DNA of 64,000 bases from Chrysomallon squamiferum (Eukaryota; Animalia; Mollusca), in the NCBI GenBank assembly GCA_012295275.1, contig CM022677.1:14942001-15006000 (forward strand), written 5' to 3'. Of this stretch, positions 12,924-32,881 are shown piece after piece. The notes beneath the pieces are model-generated. The model searched no databases. It was not told where the DNA came from and saw only the letters and a program-made list of their open reading frames with translations. The number at the start of each line of letters is the position of its first letter. Position 1 is the stretch's first letter. The position numbers were made by a program, and so were the translations under genes.

Positions 12924-13423
12924 TTAATCAAAGTGTGACGTATTTGTGACTGCGTGTGTGTATGAGTAAAGAATGATGCAATTCATCACAAATATTTTCT
13001 ATGTAAAAGGAAAAGGTATTCTAAACATATAACAACATTTTTATTTATACACTTAAAAAGGTTTGCTTGTTTACAATAATGTGTATTTGTGTATACAAAT
13101 GCATACATTTCGTTTACAGAATGTATTAACAAAGACAAAATGTATGTAGGTTTGTATGTTTCAACAGAATGTATGTAAGTGTATACAGGAATGTATGTTT
13201 ACGAATTACTGTTGTTGTTATTATTATTATATTGTTATTATCGTTGTCGTATTCGTTCTAGCTTAATGTTAGTTTATACACGCTTTTCAGTCATGTTTGT
13301 ATTTCTCTATGTATCATTTCATTTATACAATAATACATTCATTAAATAATATATCTTTAGATTTTATATTTTAATAAGATATACGAAATAGTAAAACAAA
13401 TAATAATAATAAAAAAGAAATAA

Positions 13424-13476
<53 letters not shown>

Positions 13477-13742
13477 TTCTTCACAATACAAAGTAACACT
13501 GGTGCAATAAACACAAAATTAAGAAATCACATTTTCCATTTATCCAGTTTTTATTCATCAGCCCTTGAAACAGAGAATAAATCAATCATCAGGAAGTCAA
13601 AATATATCGATTTACCTGATGATCCATTTGAATAGTAGTGAGGTTTACTGTATGACAATAAAGTTAGATTAATAATAAAAAGTTAGTATAAAACAGACTT
13701 CGAGTACGAAACAGAGAACACAACAATATCAAACAAAAAGAA

Positions 13743-13806
<64 letters not shown>

Positions 13807-14137
13807 GAACAAAACAAAAAAGTAACTGTTAACGTGGATTTTAGAAAACACTTCCTTCAAGCGACAAATTTTGCATCAGTGGAGATTAATACTAAAAATG
13901 TTAGTGTAAGAACAGATTTCACATAACTCAGGAATAATTTGAAAAATAAATCGCACTAACAAAAAGAACATTTAGATATAGGGATAAAGTACAAATACAA
14001 CATATAGCGATGTAAAGAAAAATACAAATAATGCAAACAATCAAAAAACAATTTGTTAGGAAACACTGGGGGTTTAAAAAAATAATAAATTAATAATAAC
14101 AATAAAAAAAACAATAGGAAATAATAGGAAATAATAA

Positions 14138-14186
<49 letters not shown>

Positions 14187-14637
14187 TAATATATTATGAA
14201 ACACTTGTAATATAAAACAAATAACAACAACAACAACACAAAAAAAAAAAAATGAGAAAGTAATAAAAGAAACTCTGGTTTGAGACCCTGTTAACATAGG
14301 TTTAAAAAAAACACTTCCTAGCAGAAACAAATTTTGCATGAAAATATCGATCGAGTTACTAGTGAGATTCTTTTCAATACAAATTTTCCAGAACAAAATA
14401 AACAGATCAGCTGCTTTCAGAAACGTTGTCGTTGTTGTCGGAATCGTCGTGGACGTTATCAAATATTTCGGATTTCCTAGTCGGAATTAGATTGTTAGTC
14501 GAGGCAGTATGTCTGCACAGACTGGGGACTGGTAAAGCTGACGTAGCAGTATCAAGCGATGTCGTAGTTTGACCGTCAGATTGGTTAAGATAGCTGACTA
14601 TAAGGTTCTGATGTTGTTGATGTTGCAGGGATTCTGT

Positions 14638-16390
14638 CTATGGTGTTGTAGTCTTCATATAATTGAGGTGGATGTAGGAGTCAGATAGTCGTCTTTTTTT
14701 TGTGCTTGTGGTGTCGTAGGCGCTGTCTTTGTCGAAACCAAGCTGGCTGTAGACATGAGACGTAGTTGTTACCTTTTCCTTATCGTAGGTGTCATAGTCA
14801 CCGTTGTCGTCCTCAGCAAGGTTGTTGTAGATGTTAGATGTACGAGTTGTTGTATTTGTTGTGTCTATGTTGTTGTAGTCTCCGTCATGGCTGCCTGAGA
14901 GATGATTGTCCACTTCAGACGTTGTAGTAGTAGCTGTCTTGATATCCGCTGAGTCGTAGTCTCCAGTAGATCTGTTATTGGGAAGAGCTTTAACATCTGC
15001 GATGTCGTAGTCGTTATCATTTCTGTTTTCCACGTTGACAGTAACTCCGTTTGGGACGTTGTAGTGAACACTGTGGTTTCCTTGATTTTCTGATTCAGAT
15101 TTATGTTCTGCCGACGTCGATGTCGTTGTTACATCAAAACTCGAATTTGTGTGACTAGGTTGTAAATGTTCAGCAGAGCTGATTTCATTGTTTCTTTTGT
15201 TAAAATTAATTCTTGACTCTGGTAACTTCTGAGTTTTAAAACAAAATCGACGTGTTCTGAAAAATGAAGACATTATTTAAATTTAAACTGTGAAATCCTA
15301 AGTTAGTTTTATTATACGAGTTTCTGTCGTGACGACTCTGATAATTCAAAGGAAAAACTATTTTACATTTCAAATTAAACTGACGTTAACTAAGAAGAAT
15401 AACAGTGAAATGTGTAGATTTTCTTTTAATTTTTTTGTAAACAATTCTCACCGTTTAGTCCAAACTACGATAACAACAATGACAAACAACACCACTACAG
15501 CAACAGCGATACCACCACCAACATATGCTGAAAATAATTACACAATAACATTGAATTAAATCTAAGAACAATTATCTATGTAAACGTTTTTTTTTATTTA
15601 TTTATTTATTTAGTTATTTAGTTAGTTGGTTATTTTTTGTCACTTAGTATCGAAATAGTCTGTGTAAATTATTTTTTCATTTTTCACATGAAATTTGCTA
15701 AGTCAAAAGAAAAAAGAGATAAATACAAAGGATACTGACATATATATATTTAAATAAAGTTAATAAGATTAGCAGAATAAATCTAGTAAATAAACAAAAA
15801 GCTAGTAAAATAAAGTTAGTAAATTAAAAACAAGGGAAATAATTCATGTAAATTAAATAAGCCATCTAGCATAGACAAACAGGTATAAAAAGAAAGAAAA
15901 CAAACTATTAAAACAAAATAGTAAAATTAAAACTAACCTGGCTTTTTTTATGGATGTTGTATGTGAGCGGATTGTTTTGTTGGAATTATCGCCCCTGATC
16001 TTGTTGGTTCAGAAGTACTAGAAAATGATGGATGTTGTATGTCAGCGGATTGTTTTGTTGGAATTATCGCCCCTGATCTTGTTGGTTCAGAAGTACTAGA
16101 AAATGATGGATGTTGTATGTCAGCGGATTGTTTTGTTGGAATTATCGCCCCTGATCTTGCTGGTTCAGAAGTACTAGAAAATGATGGTTTGGAGAAAAGG
16201 ATGGAAGTTGACAATTTTGGCGTAGTAGCTGGGTTTTTTGGGGGTTCTGGTTCGCAGTTGTTGTCACTGATGTGGACGTTGATATTGGTGCAGTTACATT
16301 ATCTGTAAATATATCAAAGATTATCTCGAAAAGCCATTAGATTTTTTTCATAAAAACTTTTTAAAGACATCTTTTAGCCTTATTATTATA

Positions 16391-16462
<72 letters not shown>

Positions 16463-17517
16463 TTAAATTATAGACAGATGATGCTGAAATGGAAAAATAT
16501 GTTAATTATGACATGCATAATACATACCTACATATATACATAACAAGATTTGAAAAAATGCACACACGTATTTATTACTGGTAGTTTATACTCACATTTC
16601 TGACAAAGAGTCTGAAGTTTTGTGTGTGGAGAGTAATAATAATAATCATTTAATTCATCATCTGTACTCTGAACAAACCAAACTAAACTTCTAAGAAACT
16701 TCCTTTTGTCAGAAAAATGTTTCAAGTACCACAGCTCATTTCCTGAACAATAAGCAAATAAATGAATAGAATTAAACAAAGCTGGAATATATATATATAT
16801 ATAGATGTATTATGTAAACAAATACATAAATACACTAGATAGATAGATACAAAATATTTGAGTATGCAAATGAAATAAAATGGAATAAAAAAAAAAGTAA
16901 AATAAAATAAATAAATAAGTCTAAAGATTCTAAAGATACCGTTAATCGACCTCCATTTAACTTCTCTGTGAAGTGCAATCCAGTATGATCGATTCTGTCT
17001 TTCTGGTTTTGCTAAAAGTATTTTCATAGCTGAGAGTGTATTGTCCGTTAGCTTAGATAAATCGATCCGATAATCCGCATTATTCCATGTCATCTTGTTC
17101 TTTAGTGAAATACATATCACAGATGTGCAAAGTGAACTTTCGATCCACCATTGAAGAAGTGATGTTAATGCGTTCATCTCTGAGAGAGACAGTAAAAAAT
17201 AAGTAAATAATAAAAATAAAAATAAAATAAAGTTTAAAAAATACGAAAATAAATAAATAAATAATTAGAAAAATTCAACAAGAACAAAAAAAAAAAATAA
17301 TAATAAGAAAAAAAAAACGAAAAAAAAAATAAAATAAAATAAAATAAATATATAAATAAATAAATAAGAAAGAACAAAGCCAACATGTATTGTAAACTGT
17401 AACTGATCATTTATTTATTTAATCACTTCATTACTTACTACTTACTCCTACTCTTGGTACTACTACTATTACTAATACTACTTCTACCTTTACTTTTGAT
17501 ACTTCAACTAATTTTCC

Positions 17518-17551
<34 letters not shown>

Positions 17552-20150
17552 CATTCATTCATTCATTCATTACTTTAATTATAGCCATTGTAACTAAAAA
17601 TACTGACACATCTATTTTAAAATAAAATGACCTGTATACACTACGTATGCTCTGTAGCTGTCACAGTTTTGAAAACCAATTGTAAAACTGTCAGAATTGA
17701 ACTTGACGTAGCCGCAGCGCTTGATTCCGTCAGCGCTGTCGTCGATTTGAACTGAAGACGGAAGATCTGTAATGAAGTAATTTATATATTATTATAATTA
17801 TCACTATATCGATGCATCTTAAATCATTGACTGATTCATTCATTCATTTTTCGTCCTTTCGACCATTGGTTCATTCATTCATTCATTCGCTCGTACTTTT
17901 ATACATTCATATATTCGTTTGTTTATTCATTCAAAATCACAAACTTAAAACTTCATCTACTGACCATAGTACAAATTCAAAAAAGATAAAAAAAAGAAAA
18001 AAATATATATTACAGTTATTAGTGTCACCTATTCTATAAACAGAAATTGTATTTCTTCCTCCGCAGTATTCTTCATATGTCCCTGCACATCGAACTCGTT
18101 TTGTAGTTGACTTCACAGGACTTGCTGTGTCAGAGATTTTACAGTAACACTGCTTTCCCTACAAAATATAAAATAAATAGCAATAATAACAAAACATAAC
18201 CAGGAAAAATGTGCAAATAAAATTATAGTAATATAAACACAAGAACAACAACAACAAAAACAACAACAACAATAATATCAATAATAATAAAAAGAAGAAG
18301 AAGAAGGATAGTGGTAGTAGTAATGGTAGAAGTGGCAATAGTAGAAGAAGAAGATGATGATGAAGTGGATGCCGCAGTGACAGTTTAATAGTAGAAGTGC
18401 ACCTCTCTGTGTGTCCAGTTTGTTCGTGTGTGATTCAGGTAACATAAGACAAGTATATATTTAACACTTTTTGTTTTAAATTCAGTCTTTATGAAGAGAA
18501 GAATTTACTAACATGTAAATATAAAACAAGTATACATTTAACACTTTTTGTTTTAAATTCAGTGTTTATGAAGACAAGAATTTACTAACGTAAATCTAAA
18601 ACAAGTATATATTTAACACTTTTAGTTTTAAATTCAGTCTTTATGAAGAGAAGAATTTACCAACCTGTAAACCAATTTTTCCATTGCTCGGTTTACATTG
18701 CTGGAAGCATTTAAAAGCATCATTGTCTTGTATTGTGTATTTACTACTCAAACTCCCAACATCGATATCTCCAACGTACTGGAATAATTTTTCATTGGAA
18801 TCTGAAAACAATAACAACAACAAAAACTGTGCTATAATTGTTATTAATGATTCTGTTCTTACTGTTGATGACGTAGACAATGATCAAAGTATAAAGTAAA
18901 ATTTTGATAAAACATTAAACATTTATTTATTTTGTAAACGGCTATGAGATTAATAATAACAGAATACTCACCAGTCCACATCCAAGGTGTAAACGTCTCT
19001 AAACCTCCTACCCAATAGTTTGTGTCTTTTTCCATCAAGGAATCAAGTTTGTCGTAGTCTAAACCAGAATGACGAACAACGAGTCTGCCTCCTGCCTCCT
19101 CACAGCCAGAATACGCTGCCTCCCACCAAGTTTGTTTTTTATCCAGTGTAAAATATTCTTCTAACATTTCTTCTTGTTTTCTGTCAGACCACGGACCTGA
19201 GTTTATTTATTAAAATTTATCTTAATTATTTATATTGATATATGTTGTACAAATTTATAAATATATATTTTTTTTATGTTATGGTTTGCTGAAGTCAATT
19301 TATGTTATATTATAGTATTAATATTACAAATTATTTTTGTTGCATTATGTTGATACCATTTATAAATACTGACCTTTTTATGTCATTGCGTGTTTTAGTC
19401 AAATGTTGTAATATTGTAATAAGTAATATTGCTATGTTATTATTTTAGTTATATTACATTACGTTATATTTTGTTATTTTATATAACACGTTATAATTAC
19501 ATTATATTAAGCTATTTTATGCACTTTTGCGTTTATAGTAAGGAGTTTATTTTTAAAAGATACTGTTAAAACATGCTAGTTTATATTATTAATAAATGTT
19601 TTACCGTATGTTAAGACATGTTATCTTAAGTTGAAACTCTAAATTAAATTGTATTATCTTTTTGTTGTTACACTATGCAGTTATTTCATATTAATCACTA
19701 TCATTGTTGCTGTTTGTTTATGTCGTTTGTTTATTGTTGTTCTTGATGTTGTTACTGATATTATTATTGTTGTTGTCGTTCGTGTTGTTACTGTTCTTAT
19801 TGTCGATGTTGTTATTGTTTTCCTGTTATTATTAAATATGATACGAGCATTTCATGTTAAAAATCAAACAAACATACATTAGACACGATTTTTAGAAAAG
19901 TTCTGATTTTTAACCTTAAAATATAATCAGAATATACAAGAAATGACAATTCTAAAATCCTTGTTATTCACTAAGTATCACTTCAATTAAGTTTAAAATT
20001 TTAAATTATGCCCCTTGCCTTATACATTTTTGAAAAGACTTGAAAAACAAATTAAAATTAATTTAAATAAATAAAAAACTTACTTAGTCTTTCTGCACCT
20101 GCTGTCTGATTGTAGATCGTTAATATAATCACTGCTGTTACTAAATTCAT
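14638..20150 (-). CDS. Copy B of the receptor gene: all 10 exons present, frameshift plus stop in stalk exon 8, tail truncated
   Basis: Exons 20150-20084, 19196-18972, 18801-18665, 18158-18029, 17766-17632, 17179-16940, 16742-16596, 16302-15938 (365 nt, not a multiple of 3; TAA at 15948-15950), TM 15527-15452 (AYVGGGIAVAVVVLFVIVVIVVWTKR), tail 15256-14638. Homologous tail sequence continues out of frame to the ancestral stop at 14374-14376. Confidence 0.8.
15951..16187 (-). repeat. Coding tandem repeat, 3 x 78 bp (26 aa SFSSTSEPxRSGAIIPTKQSADIQHP), in the copy B stalk exon
   Basis: GAAAATGATG recurs at 16021, 16099 and 16177 (period 78). Confidence 0.9.
18447..18664. repeat. Triplicated ~76-bp intron segment including the exon-3 donor context (copy B only)
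   Basis: ACAAGTATA.ATTTAACACTTTT.GTTTTAAATTCAGT.TTTATGAAGA.AAGAATTTAC occurs at 18449, 18526 and 18601, but only once in copies D and E. Confidence 0.85.
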
Positions 20151-20759
20151 TATTTCTTTCTGTTTTCTCCTTTTTACTATCATTTACGAAACTTCATATG
20201 CAACACAATATAAAAACGTGTTTTGCTAAAATCAAGCAGGAAGTAGATATTAACTGAAAGAGGAAAACAGGTCACGAGTGTGCTGAAGGTAAAACTTGTC
20301 AGCTGAAAGGTTCAGCCCAGACAGCTAGCAGCCTCACAATAAAAGTTCATCAGTGAATGGGTACTTAGGTTACAGAATACACTGTTTGTCATTTTGTGTT
20401 GGTATAATTACAAGTGACACGTCGCTTTTACTAATGTAAGTTGTATGAACTACATAAATACATACAAACATACATTCAAATATAAGGCATACATACACAA
20501 ATACATAAATACATACATGCATGTAAGCATCCATAGAAGCATGCATACATACATACATAGATACATACAATCAAATATATATACGTAACGCATACATACA
20601 TAACGTATATATACACAATATATGAATCCATACATGCATAAATGCATACACAACTCCATGCATGTATGCATATACAAATAAATACATACATATATGTATA
20701 CATACACACATCCAGACACACCCATGTACAAACACACAGAAAAATAAATACATGCTCGA

Positions 20760-21320
20760 TTTATTTTCATACAACATCTGTTCCCAATTCATTTTCACAT
20801 ATTCTGAACTTAGTTTCATTAGAAACATACATAATTTGAACTTCTTTTCAGAAACACAATTTTCATAACATATTTTCATATTTACGGCTATTCCAAGCTC
20901 ATTTTCACATAAACACCTATTTCCATCTTATTCTTAGATATATATATACCTATTTCCTACTTATTTTCATATAAACAGCTATTCCCATTTTATTTTTATA
21001 AACACTTATTCACAGCTTATTTTCATGTAGACGTATTTACAACTTATTTTCATGTAGACGTATTCAGAGCTTATTTTCATGTAGACGTATTTACATCTTA
21101 TTTTCATGTAGACGTATTCTCAGCTTATTTTCATGTTGACGTATTCTCAGCTTATTTTCATTTAGAGATGTTAACAACTTATTTTCATCCAGATGTATTC
21201 ACAGCTTATTTTCATGTTAACGTACTCTCAGCTTATTTTCATGTAGAGCATTCACAGCTTAATTTCACATACACGTGCATTTCCATCCTCTTTTCATAAA
21301 CACGTGTTTCCAGCTAATTT
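20760..21320. repeat. 27-bp minisatellite upstream of copy B
   Basis: CTTATTTTCATGTAGACGTATT at 21016, 21043, 21070, 21097 and 21124 (one mismatch), with degenerate flanking units. Confidence 0.85.
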
Positions 21321-22741
21321 TCAGGCTGACCACGTAAGATTACAAAGAGAACAGACAATATTAGATTCAAAACCAGTGTCTACTTCAGTTCTTTGCAAAG
21401 CTGATAAATGCAAGAAATTTTGTATAAAACCCCACAAAACTAAAAAAAAAAAAACACCTTTTCACCTGTCATATTTGTTTAAAACCAATTAAATTTGTAA
21501 ATTTCAAGCACTTGTGTATTGTTGGTTGGTTACAAACATATCATTTTATCACTAATATACAATGTTTGAAGATGTGTGCAAAATAAATAATGGAAACCAC
21601 TTGTTTTCTTACATAATGATTTTGAAACATAAAAATCTGGGTGGGGTATTACCTGGGACAGAGATTACACAAGTAGTATATCTCAGTTTTATAACACTCA
21701 GTCATACAGAGAATGTTAATACTAATTAAACAAACAGCTATAATTAATTTAGATCATCTTCACAGTTCGCTACGTTCTACCTGTAATGTAGTTAATGTAT
21801 CTTTAAAATTCTTTGTCGTACAGGTAAATAAAAATAATATTCATTAAATTCATTCAGTTTAAAATTCTGCTTGTCTGTTCTGTGATTTTCATTTGAAGAT
21901 TGTTTATAACAAAATAATGTTGCTTATGTTGTTTATATGTATTTATGTCAGTCACATACATAGTGCAGAATTACTTGTTTCACTTTGTTAAACTAGAAAC
22001 TTTGAAGTTGACGAATGTCAGGTCTCCCAGGTAGTAATGAAATAACAACGTGTTTTGTCACATTTTTGTACTCATCACGTTTTATTACTAAATGTCATTA
22101 GAAACTTGTCTTTAGTATTAAAACTGATGTTTTAAAACTGATTTTGAACTTTTATTTTTGGTTTTTTTGGGTTTTTATCTATTTATTTAGTTATATCCTG
22201 TGTGACATTATCTTTAAATCTCCTTGATTTTAGACACAAAATGTGTTTGTATTCAAATTATAGGTAAATGTAAATTAGTCCACACGTTTCATATTAGTTT
22301 AATTGCAAAAAAGGTGTACTTCAAATTCACAGGTTGTCACAAATAAAAATAAATTTTCCAGTTTAGGTTTACACTGTATATTTTATTTATTTTATTTAAG
22401 TTTAAATTAGGATGTGCTGTCTCTAGTGAAACATACAGTTTAACAGTTAGCATGTGTGTAACTGATTTGTCAAACAAGTGATTTAACAGAGAATATAAGT
22501 GCTGACTGATTTTACTGGAATCATTAGAATATCAGAGCAGTCTTAAAATAGCGCAGAAATCGACAAATAGCGGAGAAAACACACACACACAGTTACATAA
22601 TATGATTGTCACCTACGTCATAATAATATCTTGTGTGTTAATGTCACATTTTATCTTTCTTGTTCTTTCTTTTTCCCTCCCATACTCATTAATATCACTA
22701 ATACATTGTCATTGTTACCGTCATCATCATCATCATCATTT

Positions 22742-22806
<65 letters not shown>

Positions 22807-25357
22807 TTAATTTTTATTATTTTCTTAATTTAGAATTAAATATATATTATCTGTGAGAAATATCTGACTGATAATATTGGTTTGAGATTCAAGTTACTCT
22901 ATTAGTTAAAGTTTGTTGTTTGTTTGTTGTAACCAATTAACTGATATCTCGGGATCTTGTTACTGATGGACCCAGTCTGTGAAGTCTCAGAAGTAATCAT
23001 GCCAGTATGGTGAAACATCAAGAACAATTGTCTCACAAAAACAGCAGAAATAAAATTATTACATTAAACTAAGTTTCACAGTTGTATTTCTCTCGTTTAG
23101 AGAGCTCCTCACTCTCCGAAACTCTCTTCATTGAATGGAATTTGTTAGTGCATCTTCAAATGGAACTGAATTTATTTTGTGTAAAAAGAAAAAACAAAAG
23201 ATGTAAATCTGGGTTCTTGAAAATCAACGTTAAAAATGTTCAAATGTTGACTGAAATGTCGAACACTCGACCCCCCTCCCCGCATCATTTGCCATTCTTT
23301 TGACAAGTACTCTTCACGTTTATCTTTTGGGAAGTAAATTAACTTTGAATTAATTAATTTCTCTGTTGCGGTAGAAATGTAAAACAAAAACAAACTGCTA
23401 TCACAGTTGTCTTCTCTTGGTGTTAAATCAGTGACGTCTTTTTTCAACAGCACATTTCTAGAACCTGTGTTCTAATGTTTAGCAATGTCTGAACACCTGT
23501 TCTTGTATAAAATCATTCAACTAGAAACGCAAATGCAAATTTGTTTCTGACTAACACTATGAATATAACGTAAGAAATTTCTATTTAATTCAAAATTTAT
23601 TTAAATGTGAAATCACAAATAATATACATCTAGAAAGACATGGCTGTGTTTTTTGTCACTGTGAGAGTATGTGAGTGTGTATGTGTGTGTGAGTGTGTGT
23701 GTGTTTGTGAATGTGTGCGAATGTGTGTGTGTGTGAATGCGTGTGTGTGAATGTGTGTGAATGCGTGTGTGTGAATGTGTATGTGTGTGTGTCAGTGTGT
23801 GTTTGTGCAGTGATGTCTGAAACCTTTTTGTTTTTGTCCAATTTTAAAACGGGCTTCAAGGGTCGTGACGTAACACGTGTTAAGCAAACAAAACAAACAT
23901 GACGTGTCTCAGTTGTGTGGTTTCTTTGAGCTTCAATCTCAAAGTTGTTTTAGAAGAAAAACATTTCCTATTTACAGTGATGTATTTTGGAAAGGGGTCT
24001 AATTGGAAAATAGTTAAGACACTTAACACAAACTTTAAATACGTGTTTTCTACTACTTCAGCGTGACAAAGCTTTTTCTCTACAAACAGATGAAGTTAAA
24101 ATATTTAATTTGTGTTTGATGGAGGTTGTTTATATGAAGAAAACTCGTAGACAAAAACTCGTGAACGTAACAAGTAATGTATGAACGATGTTAGTGATAC
24201 TAGTTCGTAGAATCATAACAAAATGGCCGCTGTTCCAAAGTCCTTTGAGTTGAAATTAAAACTTTTTCTTCACACTACAAAGTAACACTCGTGCAATAAA
24301 CACAAAGATAAGACTTCAGATTTAACAGTTATCCATTTTTTTTATTCAAATAGGACTTGAAACAGAGAGCAAATCAAGAGTTCGAAAGTCAAAATATATA
24401 GATATGCCGAATGATCTATTTGAATAGTAGCGAGGTTTACTGTATAACAATAAAGTTAGTCAATAGTAAAAATGTTAGTATAAAACAGAAAATGCTAAAT
24501 CAATATGACTAATTATTAAAATAAAATATTAGAATAACCTTCAGTATATAATATAATATAAAGTAATGTAATATAAATATAGTTTTTAGTTCTTATATAT
24601 TTATAATCAAACACATAGGAACATACCCATACATAAGTACATACATACACAGATATATACATACATACATAGACACACATACATATATATATACATCATA
24701 AATATACAGATAGTCTTCAGGTATTTTATATAATATTTGTAATAAATTTGTGCATGGGAGAACTGTAATAAGTCACAGTCTCGAAGTTAGGATTTCGGAA
24801 TTTCGAATAACCTATCATTAAACTGTTCTAATAATAATAATAATAAAAAAAAAATCAGTAAAAAAGAAGAAAAAAACAGAAGAAAAAAAAAATAAAAAAA
24901 ATCAGAAAAAAAATCAGATAAAAAAAAAAAATAACAGAAGAATAATTTTATAGAAAATAATAATAAAAAGAAGGGAAAAAAAGAACCGAAAGATAAAAAA
25001 AAAAAAAAAAAGAAGAAAAAGAGGTGATTCGAGGATTTCTTCAACAGTCAAAATTTACATCAGTGCAGATTAATACTTAAAAATGTTAGTGTAAGAACAG
25101 ATTTCACATATCACAGAAATAAGGTAAAAATAAATCGCACAGACGAAAAGTTCATTTAGATATTAGGATGGAATACAAATACAAAATACAAATGTAAAAC
25201 TAATAATACAAATAATGCGAACCAAAATCGCGGTATTAACTATTAACTTAGTGTTTGAAACAACAACAACATGAGAATAAATAAATACTATAATAACACA
25301 AAATTAAATTAAATATTAAAAACTAAAAAGGGTATGAAGCACTGTTAATACGGGTTA

Positions 25358-25425
<68 letters not shown>

Positions 25426-25460
25426 GATGGATAAAATAAAAAAGTAAACAAACGGTGGTA
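21300..25460. repeat. Intergenic spacer of the repeated gene unit (paralogous to 31240-32600, 49370-51360 and, inverted, 60900-64000)
   Basis: Shared blocks such as CTCGTGAACGTAACAAGTA..ACAAAATGGCCGC (24158-24230, 50212-50284, reverse complement ~61975-62050) and TTCTCTCGTTTAGAGAGCTC (23088, 32293, 49524). Confidence 0.8.
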
Positions 25461-25513
25461 TGAGACACTATTAACAGGATTTCATAGCAGACAACAAATT
25501 TTGTAATAAAATA

Positions 25514-30725
<5,212 letters not shown>

Positions 30726-31973
30726 CTGTGTTAATTTATTAATATTTATCTTAATTATTATGTTGCTTTATGTTGCAAAAAATTATAAATATTACATTTT
30801 TATGTTATTGTGTATTTTAGTCAAGTTATGTCTTATTGTATTATGTGATACTGCTACTATTATTTTTGTTATGTTACGTTATGTTATTTTATATATAATG
30901 TTGTGTAGGTATTATGTTATGTCATAGTAAGTAGTTTATAGTAAGTAGTTTATTTTTAAAAGATATTGTGTTAAAACATGCTAGTTTAGGCTATTATTCA
31001 ATGTTTACCTGTTATATTAAAACATGTTATCTTATGTCGAAACTCTCAGTTCAACTGTTTTATCTTTTGTTGTTACGCTATGTACTTCTTTTTACATAAA
31101 TACATTAATACATGCATGCACACATACCAAAATAGATACTTATGTAATGCATGCATACACAAATACATACATACATACGTACACACATACATCTAGACAC
31201 AACAGCTACAAACACAGTTGATTTTCACATACAGACGTATTCACAGCTTATTTTCACAGATTAAAGGAGAATAGACATTTTTAGATTAAACACCAGTGTA
31301 CTTCAGTTCTTTGCAAAACTGATAAATACGAGAAGTTTTGTACATTAACAAATAACAACCTTTGAACTGTCACATTTGTTTAAAACAATTAAGTTTGTAA
31401 ATTTCAAGCATTGGTGTATATTATAAAAATATCATTTTGTCAACTAAAATACAATGTTAGAAGATCTGTGCAATATAAATAATGGGAACCAGTTGTTTTC
31501 TTACAGAATGATTTTGAAACATAAACATCACTTCCAATCCATGTAGACTAGTGTTATATGGAATACGAAACTTGTCATTAGTATTAAAACTGATGTTATA
31601 AAATATTAATTTTAGATATTTGTTTTGTTTTTATGTTGACTTTTTCTATTTATTTAGTTGCATCCTATGATATTATCAGTAAATCTCCTTGATTTCAAAC
31701 ATAAAACATGTTTGTATTCAGTTTATAGGTTAGTGTACATGAGGTCACATTTTGTATGTTAGTTTAATTTCCTCGAATTCCGCGTGTTCTACCGATCTTA
31801 AGAATGAGCAGCGCAGTCTTAAGATAGCGCAGATCAGCAAATTGCGTAGAAAACACACCCAGACAATTACATAATGACGTTGTCACCCACGTCCTCGTTA
31901 CCTCTCCATCTCTTATTGTCTTGTCCTTTCTTTTTTTCTTAAATATCATTAATACATCGTTATTGTCGTTAAT

Positions 31974-32017
<44 letters not shown>

Positions 32018-32403
32018 TATTATTATTTTATTTTATTATTCTTTTTCTTTTGAATTTACAATTACCTTTATATGATCTGTGAGAAATATGTGACTGATAA
32101 TACTGGTTTGAGATGATAGTCACTCTGTTAGTTAAAGTTTTCTGTTTGTTTGTTGTAATCAAATAACTGAAACTTCAGACTTTTTTACGCGTCAAAAGCG
32201 ATGATTCCCATATGGTGAACATCAAGTACAATTGACAAAAACAGTTGAAATGAAATCAATATATTACATTATACTAAGATTCGCAGTTGTGTTTCTCTCG
32301 TTTAGAGAGCTCGTCACTCTCCAAGTCTGACTTCGTTGAATGCAGGTTGTTAGTACAGCTTGAAATGTTTGTACCTGAATTTATTTTCTGAAAAGAATAA
32401 CTA

Positions 32404-32436
<33 letters not shown>

Positions 32437-32881
32437 ACACACAAACAAACAAACAAACAAACAAAGCTGTAGTAAATCTCGGCTCTTGAACACCAACTTC
32501 TAAAATGTCAAACATTTCCACCCCCGCACCAGTTTCGCTTCATTTCACAAGTTCTTTTTGTACGTTTGTCTTTTGACAAGTAAATTAACTTTGAATTAAT
32601 TAATTCCTGTGTCGCAGTAGAAATAAAATTCAATAGCTGAGAGCATACGAAACAATTTTGTTTTGTTTTCTAGAAAAAGCTGGACCAAAAATGAGGATTA
32701 TAATCAGCTACAGTGTAATAACAGTACATACACAAGTAGTAGAGGTTACACACAAGTTACAAACTTTGTAACATGAATCTAAATGGGGCAGAAGGTGAAG
32801 TGGAAAATTCAAATCAGAAAAGCAAAGATCACAGAATAAACAATCGCAACTGAGGCTGTTTTTAGATCAGTGTAAACTATT

